From Macrostomum lignano (lineage: Eukaryota), in contig NIVC01001678.1 in assembly GCA_002269645.1 (NCBI GenBank), positions 62,001-126,000 on the forward strand: a stretch of 64,000 nucleotides of DNA. The letters are read 5' to 3'. The stretch's first letter is position 1. Every line of letters begins with the position of its first letter. A program made the translations under genes and the position numbers. Of this stretch, positions 1-10,638 are shown one piece after another. The notes below the pieces were generated by a model. It saw nothing but the letters and a program-made list of their open reading frames with translations. It did no database searches and had not been told where the DNA came from.

Positions 1-23
1 AATTGGGGTTAGTTAGTGGGAAC

Positions 24-350
24 CAGTTAATTTGGCGATAGGTTGACTTGGTGACAGCCAATTCGGCACCAAGTCAATTTGGCGACAGTCAGTTCAGCAA
101 TTAAAATAATCGTGAATTAAATATGATATGCATGCATACTTCTCTAATAAATAATTAATGCGTCAAAATGCGACTCGTAGGCCGGGCATACATGTAACCT
201 CTTTGAAAACGTGGCAAGGATGAATGGCAATATGTTAAATTTCATTTTCTAGTTTCGTAGCTTTTGTAACATTCGCCAAATTGGCTGTCGCTAAACTGAC
301 TTATCACCGAGTTGGTTGTTACCAAATTAGCTTGTTGCCAAATTAACTAG
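24..350. mobile_element. Degenerate MITE-like element with ~15-bp subrepeats in inverted arms
   Basis: cagttaatttggcga (24-38) is inverted to tgccaaattaactag (336-350). Both arms are built of ttggcgac/gtcgccaa-like units. Confidence 0.55.
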
Positions 351-1107
351 AAGCTGTTAGAGCTAGGCATATGCCTAAGTCTAAGACAATGTGCAATGTC
401 AAATTAGGATAACAAACAAGAGGCCTATTGGGCCTAAAAATTCAAATCTTAAGTTGAGCTGAATGAAAGGCCAAGACTCAAGATTCCTTTTAAGATTTAA
501 GTTTGAAACATGATGATATTTAGGGGTTCCTAGACACTTTAGGCCTATTGTTTTACCAAACACCCATTGCCGAACTAGTTTATGGGTGAAACGGACTATG
601 GGCAAAATGGTCTAGGGGCAAAATGTACATGGCTGAAATGGTTTGGGGGCAAAACAACCAGAATTTGTATTAGGCAATTAAGCCTACTACAGGTTATAAT
701 TGCAGTTATTTATTATGCTTAGGCCTTTTATATAGCTAGGCCTATTTACATATTCTTTTAGAATAGTAGGCCTATCTTTTAGATTCAAGACTATTTATTA
801 ACTTTGATTTTTTTATATATTAATTTTTTCATACCCTTATACTAGACCCCATAGGCCTAGCCCTTTATAAGAGAAATATAGCCTATCTCTTTATTTCCCC
901 TATTGCCTATATTATTGATAGGTCCCTATGTAGGTCTAATGATAGACAATGTTTGTCTAGTCTATACTTTATCTAAAGCATTGTTGGCAAACTCTTGTCC
1001 CTAGTCTCTGGCCTTGTTCTAGCTTTTGGCTTTTGGCACTAGCCTCTTTTTTATTTTACTTTATTCTTTTTTACCTTTTTTTCTCTCTTCTTTTTCTCTT
1101 TTCTTTT

Positions 1108-2012
1108 ACGAGTATAACTTTGGCTGTCAACTTTTCCGTCAACTTTTCCGTTAACTATTCCGTCAACTTTTCATGTTAGTAGGATAAATAACTTTTTCCA
1201 TTAACTATTCCGTCAACTTTTCCGTCAACTTTTCCGTTAACTTTTCCATCAAGTATTCCGATAAATTTTTCCGTTAACTCTTCCGTCAACATTTCGGTTT
1301 ACTATTCCGTTAACTTTTCCGCCAAATATCTCATTACTTTTCCGTTAACTATTTTATCAACATTTATGCAAGTCCGTAAAATATATTCTATCAAATTTTT
1401 TGTGTACTCTGAATGGAAAGTGTTAATTTTTTGCATAAGTGCAGTTTCCTTAGCAATTTTTTATACATGCTTTAATTTTGTTAAGTATATACACAATGTA
1501 CATATATAAATTAGAAATAAAAAATACACGCAAAAATTTCCTGCGCGACATGTTCCAGAATTTAATTGGTATTGCTGCACTACCTGCACTACAACATCTG
1601 CACTTGTTCATCAATTTATCTTTGTGAAATAAAGCGCTGGTACTAGGGAAAATGGAAAAGATGTATGTTGTTACTAACGCAGGCTTGTTTTTTCATTGAT
1701 ATATATAAGCATGCAAACACAATAAATGATCAAAGAGCTACTTGCATGATGATCCTATTTGAGAAAGTCACATATGTTTTTTCAGAACAATAAATTGTTG
1801 ACGGAAAATTTTATGGAATACTTTACGGAAAAGTTGACGGAATACTTGACGGAAAAGTTAACGGAAAACTTGACGGAAAAGTTGATGGAATACTTGACAG
1901 AAAAGTTAACAGAAAACTTGACGGAAAAGTTGACAGAAAACTTGACAGAAAAGTTGACGGAAAAGTTAATGGAAAAGTTGACGGAAAAGTTGATGGCCAA
2001 AGTTATACTCGT
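1108..2012. mobile_element. Foldback-like non-autonomous DNA transposon (905 bp)
   Basis: Perfect 17-bp terminal inverted repeat ACGAGTATAACTTTGGC. Arms are made of 12-bp units ttttccgtcaac / gttgacggaaaa. Flanks match as an 8-bp direct repeat tttctttt (1100-1107, 2013-2020), though this is low complexity. Confidence 0.8.
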
Positions 2013-2145
2013 TTTCTTTTTTATTTTCTTTTTTTCTCTCATATTTTATTTTTTTGATTTTCTATTTTTTTCCTTTTAGTTTTTTGCTTTTATTCTCTCT
2101 CACATATTATATTTCTCTTTTCTTTTCCCTTTATTCTCTTTCCTC

Positions 2146-2505
2146 TGCTCTAGGTTCTCTAACTGGTCCTTCAGGTAAAAAAAGTTTGCAGACCCTATGC
2201 TCTAGGTTTTCTATCTGGTCCTTGAGGTAAAAAAAGTTTGCCAACCCCATGCTCTAGGTTCTCTATCTGGTCCTTGAGGTAAAAAAGTTTGCCAACCCTA
2301 TGCTCTAGGTTCTCTATCTGGTCCTTGAGGTAAAAAAGTTTGCCAACCCTATGCTCTAGGTTCTCTATCTGGTCCTTGAGGTAAAAAAGTTTGCTGACCC
2401 CATGCTGTAGGTCCTCTATCTGGTCCTTGAGGTAAAAAGGTTTGCTGACCCCATGCTCTAGGTTCTCTATCTGGACCTTGAGGTAAAAAAGTTTGCTGAC
2501 CCCTG
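2146..2505 (+). repeat. Seven tandem ~51-bp units resembling a hAT-type MITE right end
   Basis: Unit tgctctaggttctctatctggtccttgaggtaaaaaagtttgccaacccca. The last unit ends gtttgctgacccctg. Confidence 0.85.
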
Positions 2506-2688
2506 TTATAAACTCTTAAGATTTAATAACGAGTCCAACAGACATTATGGTATAGTAAAATAAAATCCAATCAAAAATACCTTATTTAAATTATTATTAA
2601 ATTATTTAATATGAAAGAAATGTATTTTTAACACCTGGCATAATTTATCATTTTCAGACTCTGGTTTCTTGTAAAAAACATCATAAAA

Positions 2689-4284
2689 ATGAAGCCAAGA
2701 AATTCATCAGTGCAGCAGCAAGAAGCGCTGCGCCTGATTAACAACCACAAGCAGACTGCGCGGCCAATGCAGCCATATACTGAATCTCCCCAGAAGCAGC
2801 AGCAACAGAAACAGACAGTTGCGCCAATGTCACCTCTGCCTTTGCCCAGAGAAGTAAAAGAAGAGTGCGAACAGATTATGCTGCTTCAGAAGCAGAAACA
2901 GCTACATGCTATCCCAGATATTTATCCTTGCGGTTTGTGCGCAGAAAATTTTCTGAGCAAACAGGAGCTTGTGCAGCATTTTCTTGTTTGCTGCCGCAGC
3001 GTCTGTTCTCCACCAAGGCCTTTGTTGCCGCCGATCAGTCAGGAGCGCAGTCTATTTAATGCCGGATTAAACCTTCGCAGCGTGCAGCAGCCTGACAGGC
3101 TTAGCACAGTAGACATTGACAGTGGGGATCTGTTGAACAGGCGGTGTGGCGACCGGGACAGTATCGAATCGGCTTGCATTAGTCCGGACAGCGAGCTGTT
3201 CTGGCAGCCAATGCTGGCCGTTAGTCGGGTTGGCGTCACCAGCGAATTTGGCTGCCGTGTGCCCGGCCTGTTCCCCAGGCAGATTGTCGATCCGCACGGC
3301 TATGAAAAGTTCTGCGCCGCCGCTCCTGGCAGTCGATTTCCTACTGGTCGAATTCCGGCCACTGGGTATAGCGGATCAAGCCGAATAGACCGGCTGCGGC
3401 TGAGCAGTCGCTATTGTCATTTCTGGTCCTATCAGGGCTGCAAGTCGCGAGTGCTTCGAGCTAGGCGTGAAAAGAAACTCACCAAAATTATTAAAGATTG
3501 TCAAGCTTTGAAACGGCGACAGCTTCTTAAACAATCCAAGCAGCCGATTAAAGCGGCGCCGCAGATTAAAGATTGCAGCGTTGTGCTGGAACGCCTGCCA
3601 GTTGAAGCGTTCCCGTCGTGTAGCGTTGTTTTGAATCGACTTCAACTACCGAGCTGTAGCGTTGCACTGACTAGGATTGACGAACAACAGCCTAGTGCTC
3701 GCTCGAACAGTAGCAGGGTGATTGAGGCTGAACAGCCGGATCTACAGACTACTAACAGTAGGCGATTGCGTAGCAACAGCAGGAGCAGAACCGACTCCGA
3801 TGTTAGTTTATCGAGAGACCGGTTGAGTTTGTCTGGTACTGACGTTGGCAACAAGCCAACGTCAATTGACAAACAACAGCCTAGTGCTGGCTCGATCGGT
3901 GGCTTGGCGATTGAAGAAGAGGCGAAGAGTAGGCGATTGCGTAGCAGGAGCAGAACTGACTCGGATGTTAGTTTATCGAGCGACAAACTCGATAAAATGT
4001 CTACTCACGTTGGCAACAAGCGACCGCGTCAAGTTAATAGAAAATGGCGTAACAGACGCCAAAGTCCGTCGGTGCAACAGCTGCAGTTTCCATCACCGCC
4101 AAGTCCAACTCGAGCCGCTTTTAAAGCTCAACGGCTTAGGCTTGAGCAGCTAGCGTCCGCTAGGGGCTGTTGGCGTGTGAACTTGCTGCCTATGAACACC
4201 GATCAGGTGCTCTCTGCCGCTGGCTGGCAACAGGCAAGAGATCAAGAAGATGAATCAGCATTCTTATATAAGTTTTTCAACTGA
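2689..4284 (+). CDS. Intronless 531-aa protein with one C2HC-type zinc finger, Q-rich N-terminus, three CSVxLxR(L/I) motifs and an S/R-rich internal duplication
   Basis: Long non-repetitive ORF. YPCGLCAENFLSKQELVQHFLVCC fits C-x2-C-x12-H-x3-C. An acceptor-like ttttcag (2651-2657) lies 31 nt before the ATG. Family not recognised. Confidence 0.8.
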   Translation: MKPRNSSVQQQEALRLINNHKQTARPMQPYTESPQKQQQQKQTVAPMSPLPLPREVKEECEQIMLLQKQKQLHAIPDIYPCGLCAENFLSKQELVQHFLVCCRSVCSPPRPLLPPISQERSLFNAGLNLRSVQQPDRLSTVDIDSGDLLNRRCGDRDSIESACISPDSELFWQPMLAVSRVGVTSEFGCRVPGLFPRQIVDPHGYEKFCAAAPGSRFPTGRIPATGYSGSSRIDRLRLSSRYCHFWSYQGCKSRVLRARREKKLTKIIKDCQALKRRQLLKQSKQPIKAAPQIKDCSVVLERLPVEAFPSCSVVLNRLQLPSCSVALTRIDEQQPSARSNSSRVIEAEQPDLQTTNSRRLRSNSRSRTDSDVSLSRDRLSLSGTDVGNKPTSIDKQQPSAGSIGGLAIEEEAKSRRLRSRSRTDSDVSLSSDKLDKMSTHVGNKRPRQVNRKWRNRRQSPSVQQLQFPSPPSPTRAAFKAQRLRLEQLASARGCWRVNLLPMNTDQVLSAAGWQQARDQEDESAFLYKFFN

Positions 4285-5879
4285 AGCCAAGTTCTTATTT
4301 TGCTTATCCATTTTCCTGTTGAACTTTTGTTGGAAAGTATAATCGGAATCACGCTCTATATGGTTATATAATTGTTGTTTAGTTTGTCTTCAACTTTCGG
4401 ATTCGGGCTTCAAACACATATTGTCGGATAATTACTCGTAATTGTACTTTATAGCCATGCCTTCACTGTAATTTGTATGGTCGTTTAGCATGCTGCTTGG
4501 TAATACTGCACAAGCAATTATTCTAATTAGTCTTCGGCACTTGTCCAGTTTTCCAATCGCATTCGTCTGCCTGCTCGTGCTCATTGAGTTCATTTGCTTG
4601 TGAAACATATTGACTATATTTTTTGTATAAATTAGAGAACTATATATTTTGCCTATATTTCTTTATCCAACATGTTTGCCCTAATTAATGCACTCCTCTG
4701 CCATTAGCGTTAACTTCAAGGCTACCACATACAGTCCAAATTTAGAGATTCGCACAGAGAGCTTATAGAATAATGACAACCCTAGTAACCCTAATTCCTA
4801 AAGCCCTAACCTAATTCGTCAATTGTCGTGTCCCATACTTTGTGCAATTTTGTTTCAACTATCATAAAAACCCAATTTATTTTTGTCTCCATTCTTGTAC
4901 AGTAACAATTTTTCGAAATGAAACGCCACATAGTTAAGAGTATGCTTTTGCCTATTATCAGCCATGGTTCGTTGTTTTTTTGCATTTTCTAATCCATCCA
5001 AGTAATGATCATTATCGAAAAAAATATAAATCAAAAAACGTCAAAACGGTATTAACGCTTATTACGTACCCGTCGCCTGCAAACACGCACACACAAACGC
5101 ATATTTCAGTAATTTCGATTCTATTATTTATTAGCAAAAGCAAACTATGTACGGCTCGTACAAATGTGCGGATTTATGGGCTTATAAATAAATGAATGAA
5201 ATCAGATGTTGAGCAGGTAAACTTTTACTGCTATTGCCAATCAGCTAGAACCCCACGTAACAGGTAAACAAATGGTTCAAGTGCATATTTTGTACAAAAA
5301 GTGCAGGCTGTAAGGAAAACTAACATATCTGGGCTGATTTAGAATATATACATCCACTGGCGGAACCAGGCAGGAAGGTCAAGGGGTCGTCTGACCCACG
5401 AGGAAAAATCCTGTGTCCGCCAATATAAAATTCTATACGCTTGTAGACACGATTTAAAAAAAAACGATGCTGTCTAAAATTACAACACGTTTTTAAAGAG
5501 GAATTCAATTATGAAACAATCTGCTTTGTTAAACTTGAGAGAGCTCCGAATTTGCACATATTGAGTCATTATCGTTCACGATTAATTATGGCTGGCGTAT
5601 GACTTGGCCTTAATTATTGGGATTTCTAACTAACCTGTTTAAGAACTTCCACGTCCATATCTAATTTCATTACGCACTTGAATCTTTGAATGACAATTTC
5701 TGGGTGCAAAGCACAAAAAATTAGTTTTAATGACGACTTGCTCCGAGCGGTCTTGGTTTAAACCCATCCATCGCCTGTTCCCCTGTGTTCTAGCGTTCAC
5801 CGGAGGTTAAGATGATCGAGAAAATTACTTTTAGAACACGGGGCGTGGTCGTGGAGAAGGACGCTTTAAAGACAGCTTG

Positions 5880-8800
5880 TCAGTCTTGCAGCAGTTTGTC
5901 AATCGTTCTCTGCTTATACGAATCAAAGATAATGCCGCTTTTGCCGCCGCTGGCTGGCGCGGTCGCACTCGCTGAACTGAGCTGGTACTGATGCTGCTGC
6001 TGGTGCTGCATCTCAACGTAGAGCAAAGTGTCGTCCGAGTACACAGAGTCTGTGTCGCCAGGCTGACGTAGCTGGGAAGATTGCCCATCCACATCTGTCG
6101 ATGCTTGAGAGACGAAGCTGAGCTCCGAGGTGAGCAGCGGCGGCTTGTTGGCTGGCGATTTCGGCTCCTCGGCTACAAGCGGTACCGCTGCGGCGTTGGA
6201 CTTTCGCTGCTTCTGTTGCGGTTGCCGCTGGTTGCTATTGGCGCCAGCAGCTTCGGGAGCCGTTGCTGCGGCTTCTGGTGCCAGCTGCGCCAGACGAGCC
6301 TCGCTGTCTCGCAGTTGCGTGCGCAGCCGGCGTATCTCTTCGGCTTGGTCGCTTAGCTGCGTTGATAACTCAACGATTAACGACTTGCTGCCGCTGTTGT
6401 TGTTGTCGTTACCATTGCCGGCATTGTCAGGGTTGGCGGCGGCTCCAGCTGGCGGCCGCGGGCTCGTCACGGACACGAGGGCCGTCTCTGACAGGCCTAG
6501 TCGCTCTGTAGGTTAGATACGAGTTTGTTCAGCCGGATCTACAGGTAGTGGTAAAAGACTAGCAATCTGCGCCCCCCCCCCCCCCTGTTTGCAGACTTCT
6601 GTAAATTCCGTGGGTCAGAGAGGCATAGGAGGGGAAAGGGTAGGGGTAGAGAGAGATGCTGCTATTTTATTTGATTTTGAACTTTTACTTGATGCCAGCT
6701 GGCAGCCTGATGGTTTTTGACTTGGCATCCTGGATTCACTGTGACTTAGATGCTTTAAAACAGGGGTCGGCTATCTGGCCCTCAGGGTCCTTAAAAATTA
6801 ACAATAGCAAACCGGCCTGCTCAGATTTGTCTCTTCTCAGCTCTCTTTTCTTTTTTTCTACTGTCCCCTCCTCTCCTCTCTCTTCTCTTCTCTCCTCTCT
6901 CATCTTCTCTCTCCTCTCTCCCCCCTCTCTCATCTCCTCTCTCCCCTCCTCTCTCCCCTCCTCTCTCATCTCCTCTCTCTTCTCTCTCCCTCGTCTCTCA
7001 ACGCTGCCCTCCTCTCTCTTCTCTCCCCTCTCCTCCTCTCATCTCCACTTTCTCTCCTATCTCCCCTCCTCTCTCCTCTGTCCCCTCCTCTCCCCTCCTC
7101 TCTCATCTCCACCCTCTCTTCTCTCCCCTCCTCTCTTCTACAGTATATCTGCATGGCTCTTAAGTTAAAAAGGTTTTCCGACCCGTGCTTTAAAAAATCC
7201 AACCCCACACCTACTAGCTCGATCGAAGACTTTACAAGTTTACATGCGTTAGCTGCATGATGTCAACGATGCAAAAAGGCGTCACCTTTGAGCTGTCTGT
7301 TCTCCAGGTTAAGCTGGTGCACCTCCTGTCGCAGCTCCATGATGCGGATAGTGGTCGATTGTCGCAGTTCAGCCACTTGGCCAACTAATTCTCGAATTTT
7401 CTTTTTGTGACGAGATTTCTGCGGAATTGCAAAGTGAAATTGCGCCCTTCAGGTGATTCTGAACAGATTAGGACAGGATTATTGTGACCGATTTTGGTGT
7501 CCGAGGAGAGTCAATTGGGATGTCAGAAAGGGATGCGATTTAGGTGTCCGAGGGAAGGAATTCGTGTCTACAAGGGAAGAAACTCGGGTGTCCGAAACGG
7601 AGGAATTTCGGCGTCCGAAGGTGAGGAATTTGGGTGTCCGAAAAGGAGGAATTTGGGTGTCCGAGAGGGAGGAATTTGGGTGTCCGAAGTGGAGGAATTT
7701 GGGTGTCAAAGAGGAGGATTTTGGGTGTCCGAGAGGTAGGAATTTGGGTGTCCGAGGGAAGGAATTCCGGTGTCCGAGGGGGAGAAATTTGGGTGTCCGA
7801 GGAACCCAATGGATTAGGGCCGATTGGAGTGGCCAAAGAGAGCTCACCTGTTTCGCCGCTTCCGCTCGCTCCTTGGCTGCGGCCTCCTCAAGCTGACGGA
7901 TGCGCAGGTCGCGCAGTCGGAGGCTCTCGTCCGGCGTGGCCGGCTCCTCCCGGGTGCGCAAGTCTCGAATCAGTCGGAGCTCTTCATCGCGTCTCCGCAA
8001 CTGGCTGGCCAAGTCTGACAGCTCTTCCTGCTGGCGCTGGATCTGACCGAGATGAATAGGATTAGTGCTGACAAGGGGAATCTTCCCAAAATACCCCCAT
8101 TAGTAGTGGGAGTAGCTATCCTGCATTCCCTGTTCTCTACCACCAGTGAGTAGCTATCCTGCATTCCCTGTTCTCTACCACCAGTGAGTAGCTATCCTGC
8201 ATTCCATGTTCTCTACCACCAGTGAGTAGCTATCCTGCATTTCCTGTTCTCTACCACCAGTGAGTAGCTATCCTGCATTCCCTGTTCTCTACCACCAGTG
8301 AGTAGCTATCCTGCATTCCCTGTTCTCTACCACCAGTGAGTAGCTATCCTACATTCCCTGTTCTCTACCACCAGTGAGTAGCTATCCTGCATTCCATGTT
8401 CTCTACCACCAGTGAGTAGATATCCTGCATTCCCTGTTCTCTACCACCAGTGAGTAGCTATCCTGCATTCCCTGTTCTCTACCACCAATGAGTAGCTATC
8501 CTGCATTCCCTGTTCTCTACCACCAATGAGTAGCTATCCTGCATTCCCGTTCTCTACTGCACTAGTGAGTAGCTATCCTGCATTCCATGTTCTGTACCAC
8601 CAGTGAGTAGCTATCCTGCATTCCCTGTTCTCTTCTAACCAGTGAGTAGCTATCCTGCATTCCCTGTTCTCTTCTAACCAGTGAGTAGCTATCCTGCATT
8701 CCCTGTTCTCTTCTAACCAGTGAGTAGCTATCCTGCATTCCCTGTTCTCTTCTAACCAGTGAGTAGCTATCCTGCATTCCCTGTTCTCTACCACCAGTGA

Positions 8801-10488
8801 GTACTATCCTGCATTCCCTGTTCTCTTCTAACCAGTGAGTAGCTATCCTGCATTCCCTGTTCTCTTCTAACCAGTGAGTAGCTATCCTGCATTCCCTGTT
8901 CTCTACCACCAGTGAGTAGCTATCCTGCATTCCCTGTTCTCTACCACCAGTGAGTAGCTATCCTACATTCCCTGTTCTCTACCACCAGTGAGTAGCTATC
9001 CTGCATTCCATGTTCTCTACCACCAGTGAGTAGATATCCTGCATTCCCTGTTCTCTACCACCAGTGAGTAGCTATCCTGCATTCCCTGTTCTCTACCACC
9101 AATGAGTAGCTATCCTGCATTCCCTGTTCTCTACCACCAATGAGTAGCTATCCTGCATTCCCGGTTCTCTACTGCACTAGTGAGTAGCTATCCTGCATTC
9201 CATGTTCTGTACCACCAGTGAGTAGCTATCCTGCATTCCCTGTTCTCTTCTAACCAGTGAGTAGCTATCCTGCATTCCCTGTTCTCTTTTAACCAGTGAG
9301 TAGCTATCCTGCATTCCCTGTTCTCTTCTAACCAGTGAGTAGCTATCCTGCATTCCCTGTTCTCTTCTAACCAGTGAGTAGCTATCCTGCATTCCCTGTT
9401 CTCTTCTAACCAGTGAGTAGCTATCCTGCATTCCCTGTTCTCTTCTAACCAGTGAGTAGCTATCCTGCATTCCCTGTTCTCTACCACCAGTGAGTACTAT
9501 CCTGCATTCCCTGTTCTCTTCTAACCAGTGAGTAGCTATCCTGCATTCCCTGTTCTCTTCTAACCAGTGAGTAGCTATCCTGCATTCCCTGTTCTCTTCT
9601 AACCAGTGAGTAGCTATCCTGCATTCCCTATTCTCTACCACCAGTGAGTACTATCCTGCATTCCCTGTTCTCTTCTAACCAGTGAGTAGCTATCCTGCAT
9701 TCCCTGTTCTCTTCTAACCAGTGAGTAGCTATCCTGCATTCCCTGTTCTCTACCACCAGTGAGTACTATCCTGCATTCCCTGTTCTCTTCTAACCAGTGA
9801 GTAGCTATCCTGCATTCCCTGTTCTCTACCACCAGTGAGTACTATCCTGCATTCCCTGTTCTCTTCTAACCAGTGAGTAGCTATCCTGCATTCCTTGTTC
9901 TCTACTCAAAAAGTAGCTACCGTTTTGAATGTGTTTTACAGTGGTATTCGCAGTGATTAGGTATGCAATAACGTATAACCGAAGATTTAAACAATATAAT
10001 AAACTGTTATAATCAACCCATACCGTATTCAATGCTCGCAGATGTTCCTGCTGTGGGTCATCTGCTGTCCACGCGCCCGCTGCTGTTGCTGTTGAATAAT
10101 TTCGAGACTCATCCTTAAAAAAGCATCAAATTAATCAACAAGTTTTTTTTCGAAATATGTATTTTCAACGTAACGAATAAATGCTTTTTAATTAAAGGAT
10201 AAGAAAGCTTACAGATTCATTCGTACGACCATCGCTGCTGGTTGTCCTAAGTTTTGAATCATTTCTACAACAAAATAAGTGAAAGCTTAGCAAACTAATT
10301 GCAAATTGGCAAGGCAGGCGGCACAAATTAGTAGCATAAATTTTCGTAAATCGATTTATTTTTTTTACAAACGGAAACCCAATGTATGCAGTACAAATAG
10401 CTATAGAAAAATTAGCCTACCTTATTCTTGATCTATCAACAGACGGCGGCAAAGGTTCGCCTTTTTCAAGGCTTGCAGAAGTTCCCAT
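5880..10488 (-). CDS. CCDC192: Coiled-coil protein with N-myristoylation-type start (MGTSAS), CCDC192-like, 387 aa, 6 exons
   Basis: Exons 10421-10488, 10213-10264, 10024-10113, 7848-8042, 7286-7418, 5880-6505. All introns are GT-AG, phases are consistent and the total is 1164 nt. KQKSRHKKKIRELVGQVAELRQSTTIRIMELRQEV and KSLIVELSTQLSDQAEEIRRLRTQL resemble CCDC192 as I recall it. The gene model is firmer than the symbol. Confidence 0.7.
6761..7187. mobile_element. hAT-type MITE with CT-rich interior, in the last intron of the CCDC192-like gene
   Basis: Ends caggggtcgg ... ccgacccgtg. Exact 8-bp target-site duplication ctttaaaa (6753-6760, 7188-7195). Confidence 0.85.
7490..7805. repeat. ~20-21-bp intronic minisatellite (gaggaatttgggtgtccga)
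   Basis: Tandem units between exons 7286-7418 and 7848-8042. Confidence 0.9.
8110..9905. repeat. 38/39-bp intronic minisatellite (agtgagtagctatcctgcattccctgttctctaccacc)
   Basis: Fills most of intron 8043-10023. The rare variant ctactgcactag recurs at a 615-bp offset, indicating a higher-order block duplication. Confidence 0.95.
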
Positions 10489-10606
10489 TACCTGTATCAA
10501 GCGATCACAGTGAATATATTATTAGAGTCTCGTTCTTAGTCTGTTGGACTAAGTCCTTAATAAGAATTGTATAATATTTGTAGCTAGCTATGGCTTGAAA
10601 ACCGAA

Positions 10607-10638
10607 ATGCATTGGACTGTTGTTGGTTTATCTTAACG
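10607..10638 (+). CDS. Candidate first coding exon of the TTC31-like gene (out of frame by one base as written)
   Basis: ATG CAT TGG ACT GTT GTT GGT TTA TCT (MHWTVVGLS) resembles J-domain helix I and is followed by a gtaag donor at 10639. As written it is 32 nt with an in-frame TAA, whereas 31 nt are needed to join the phase-1 exon at 16211. Confidence 0.4.

Noticed and set aside
8562-9832. ENRECRIATHWL / REQGMQDSYSLV repeat ORFs
   Set aside because: Translations of the 38/39-bp intronic minisatellite.
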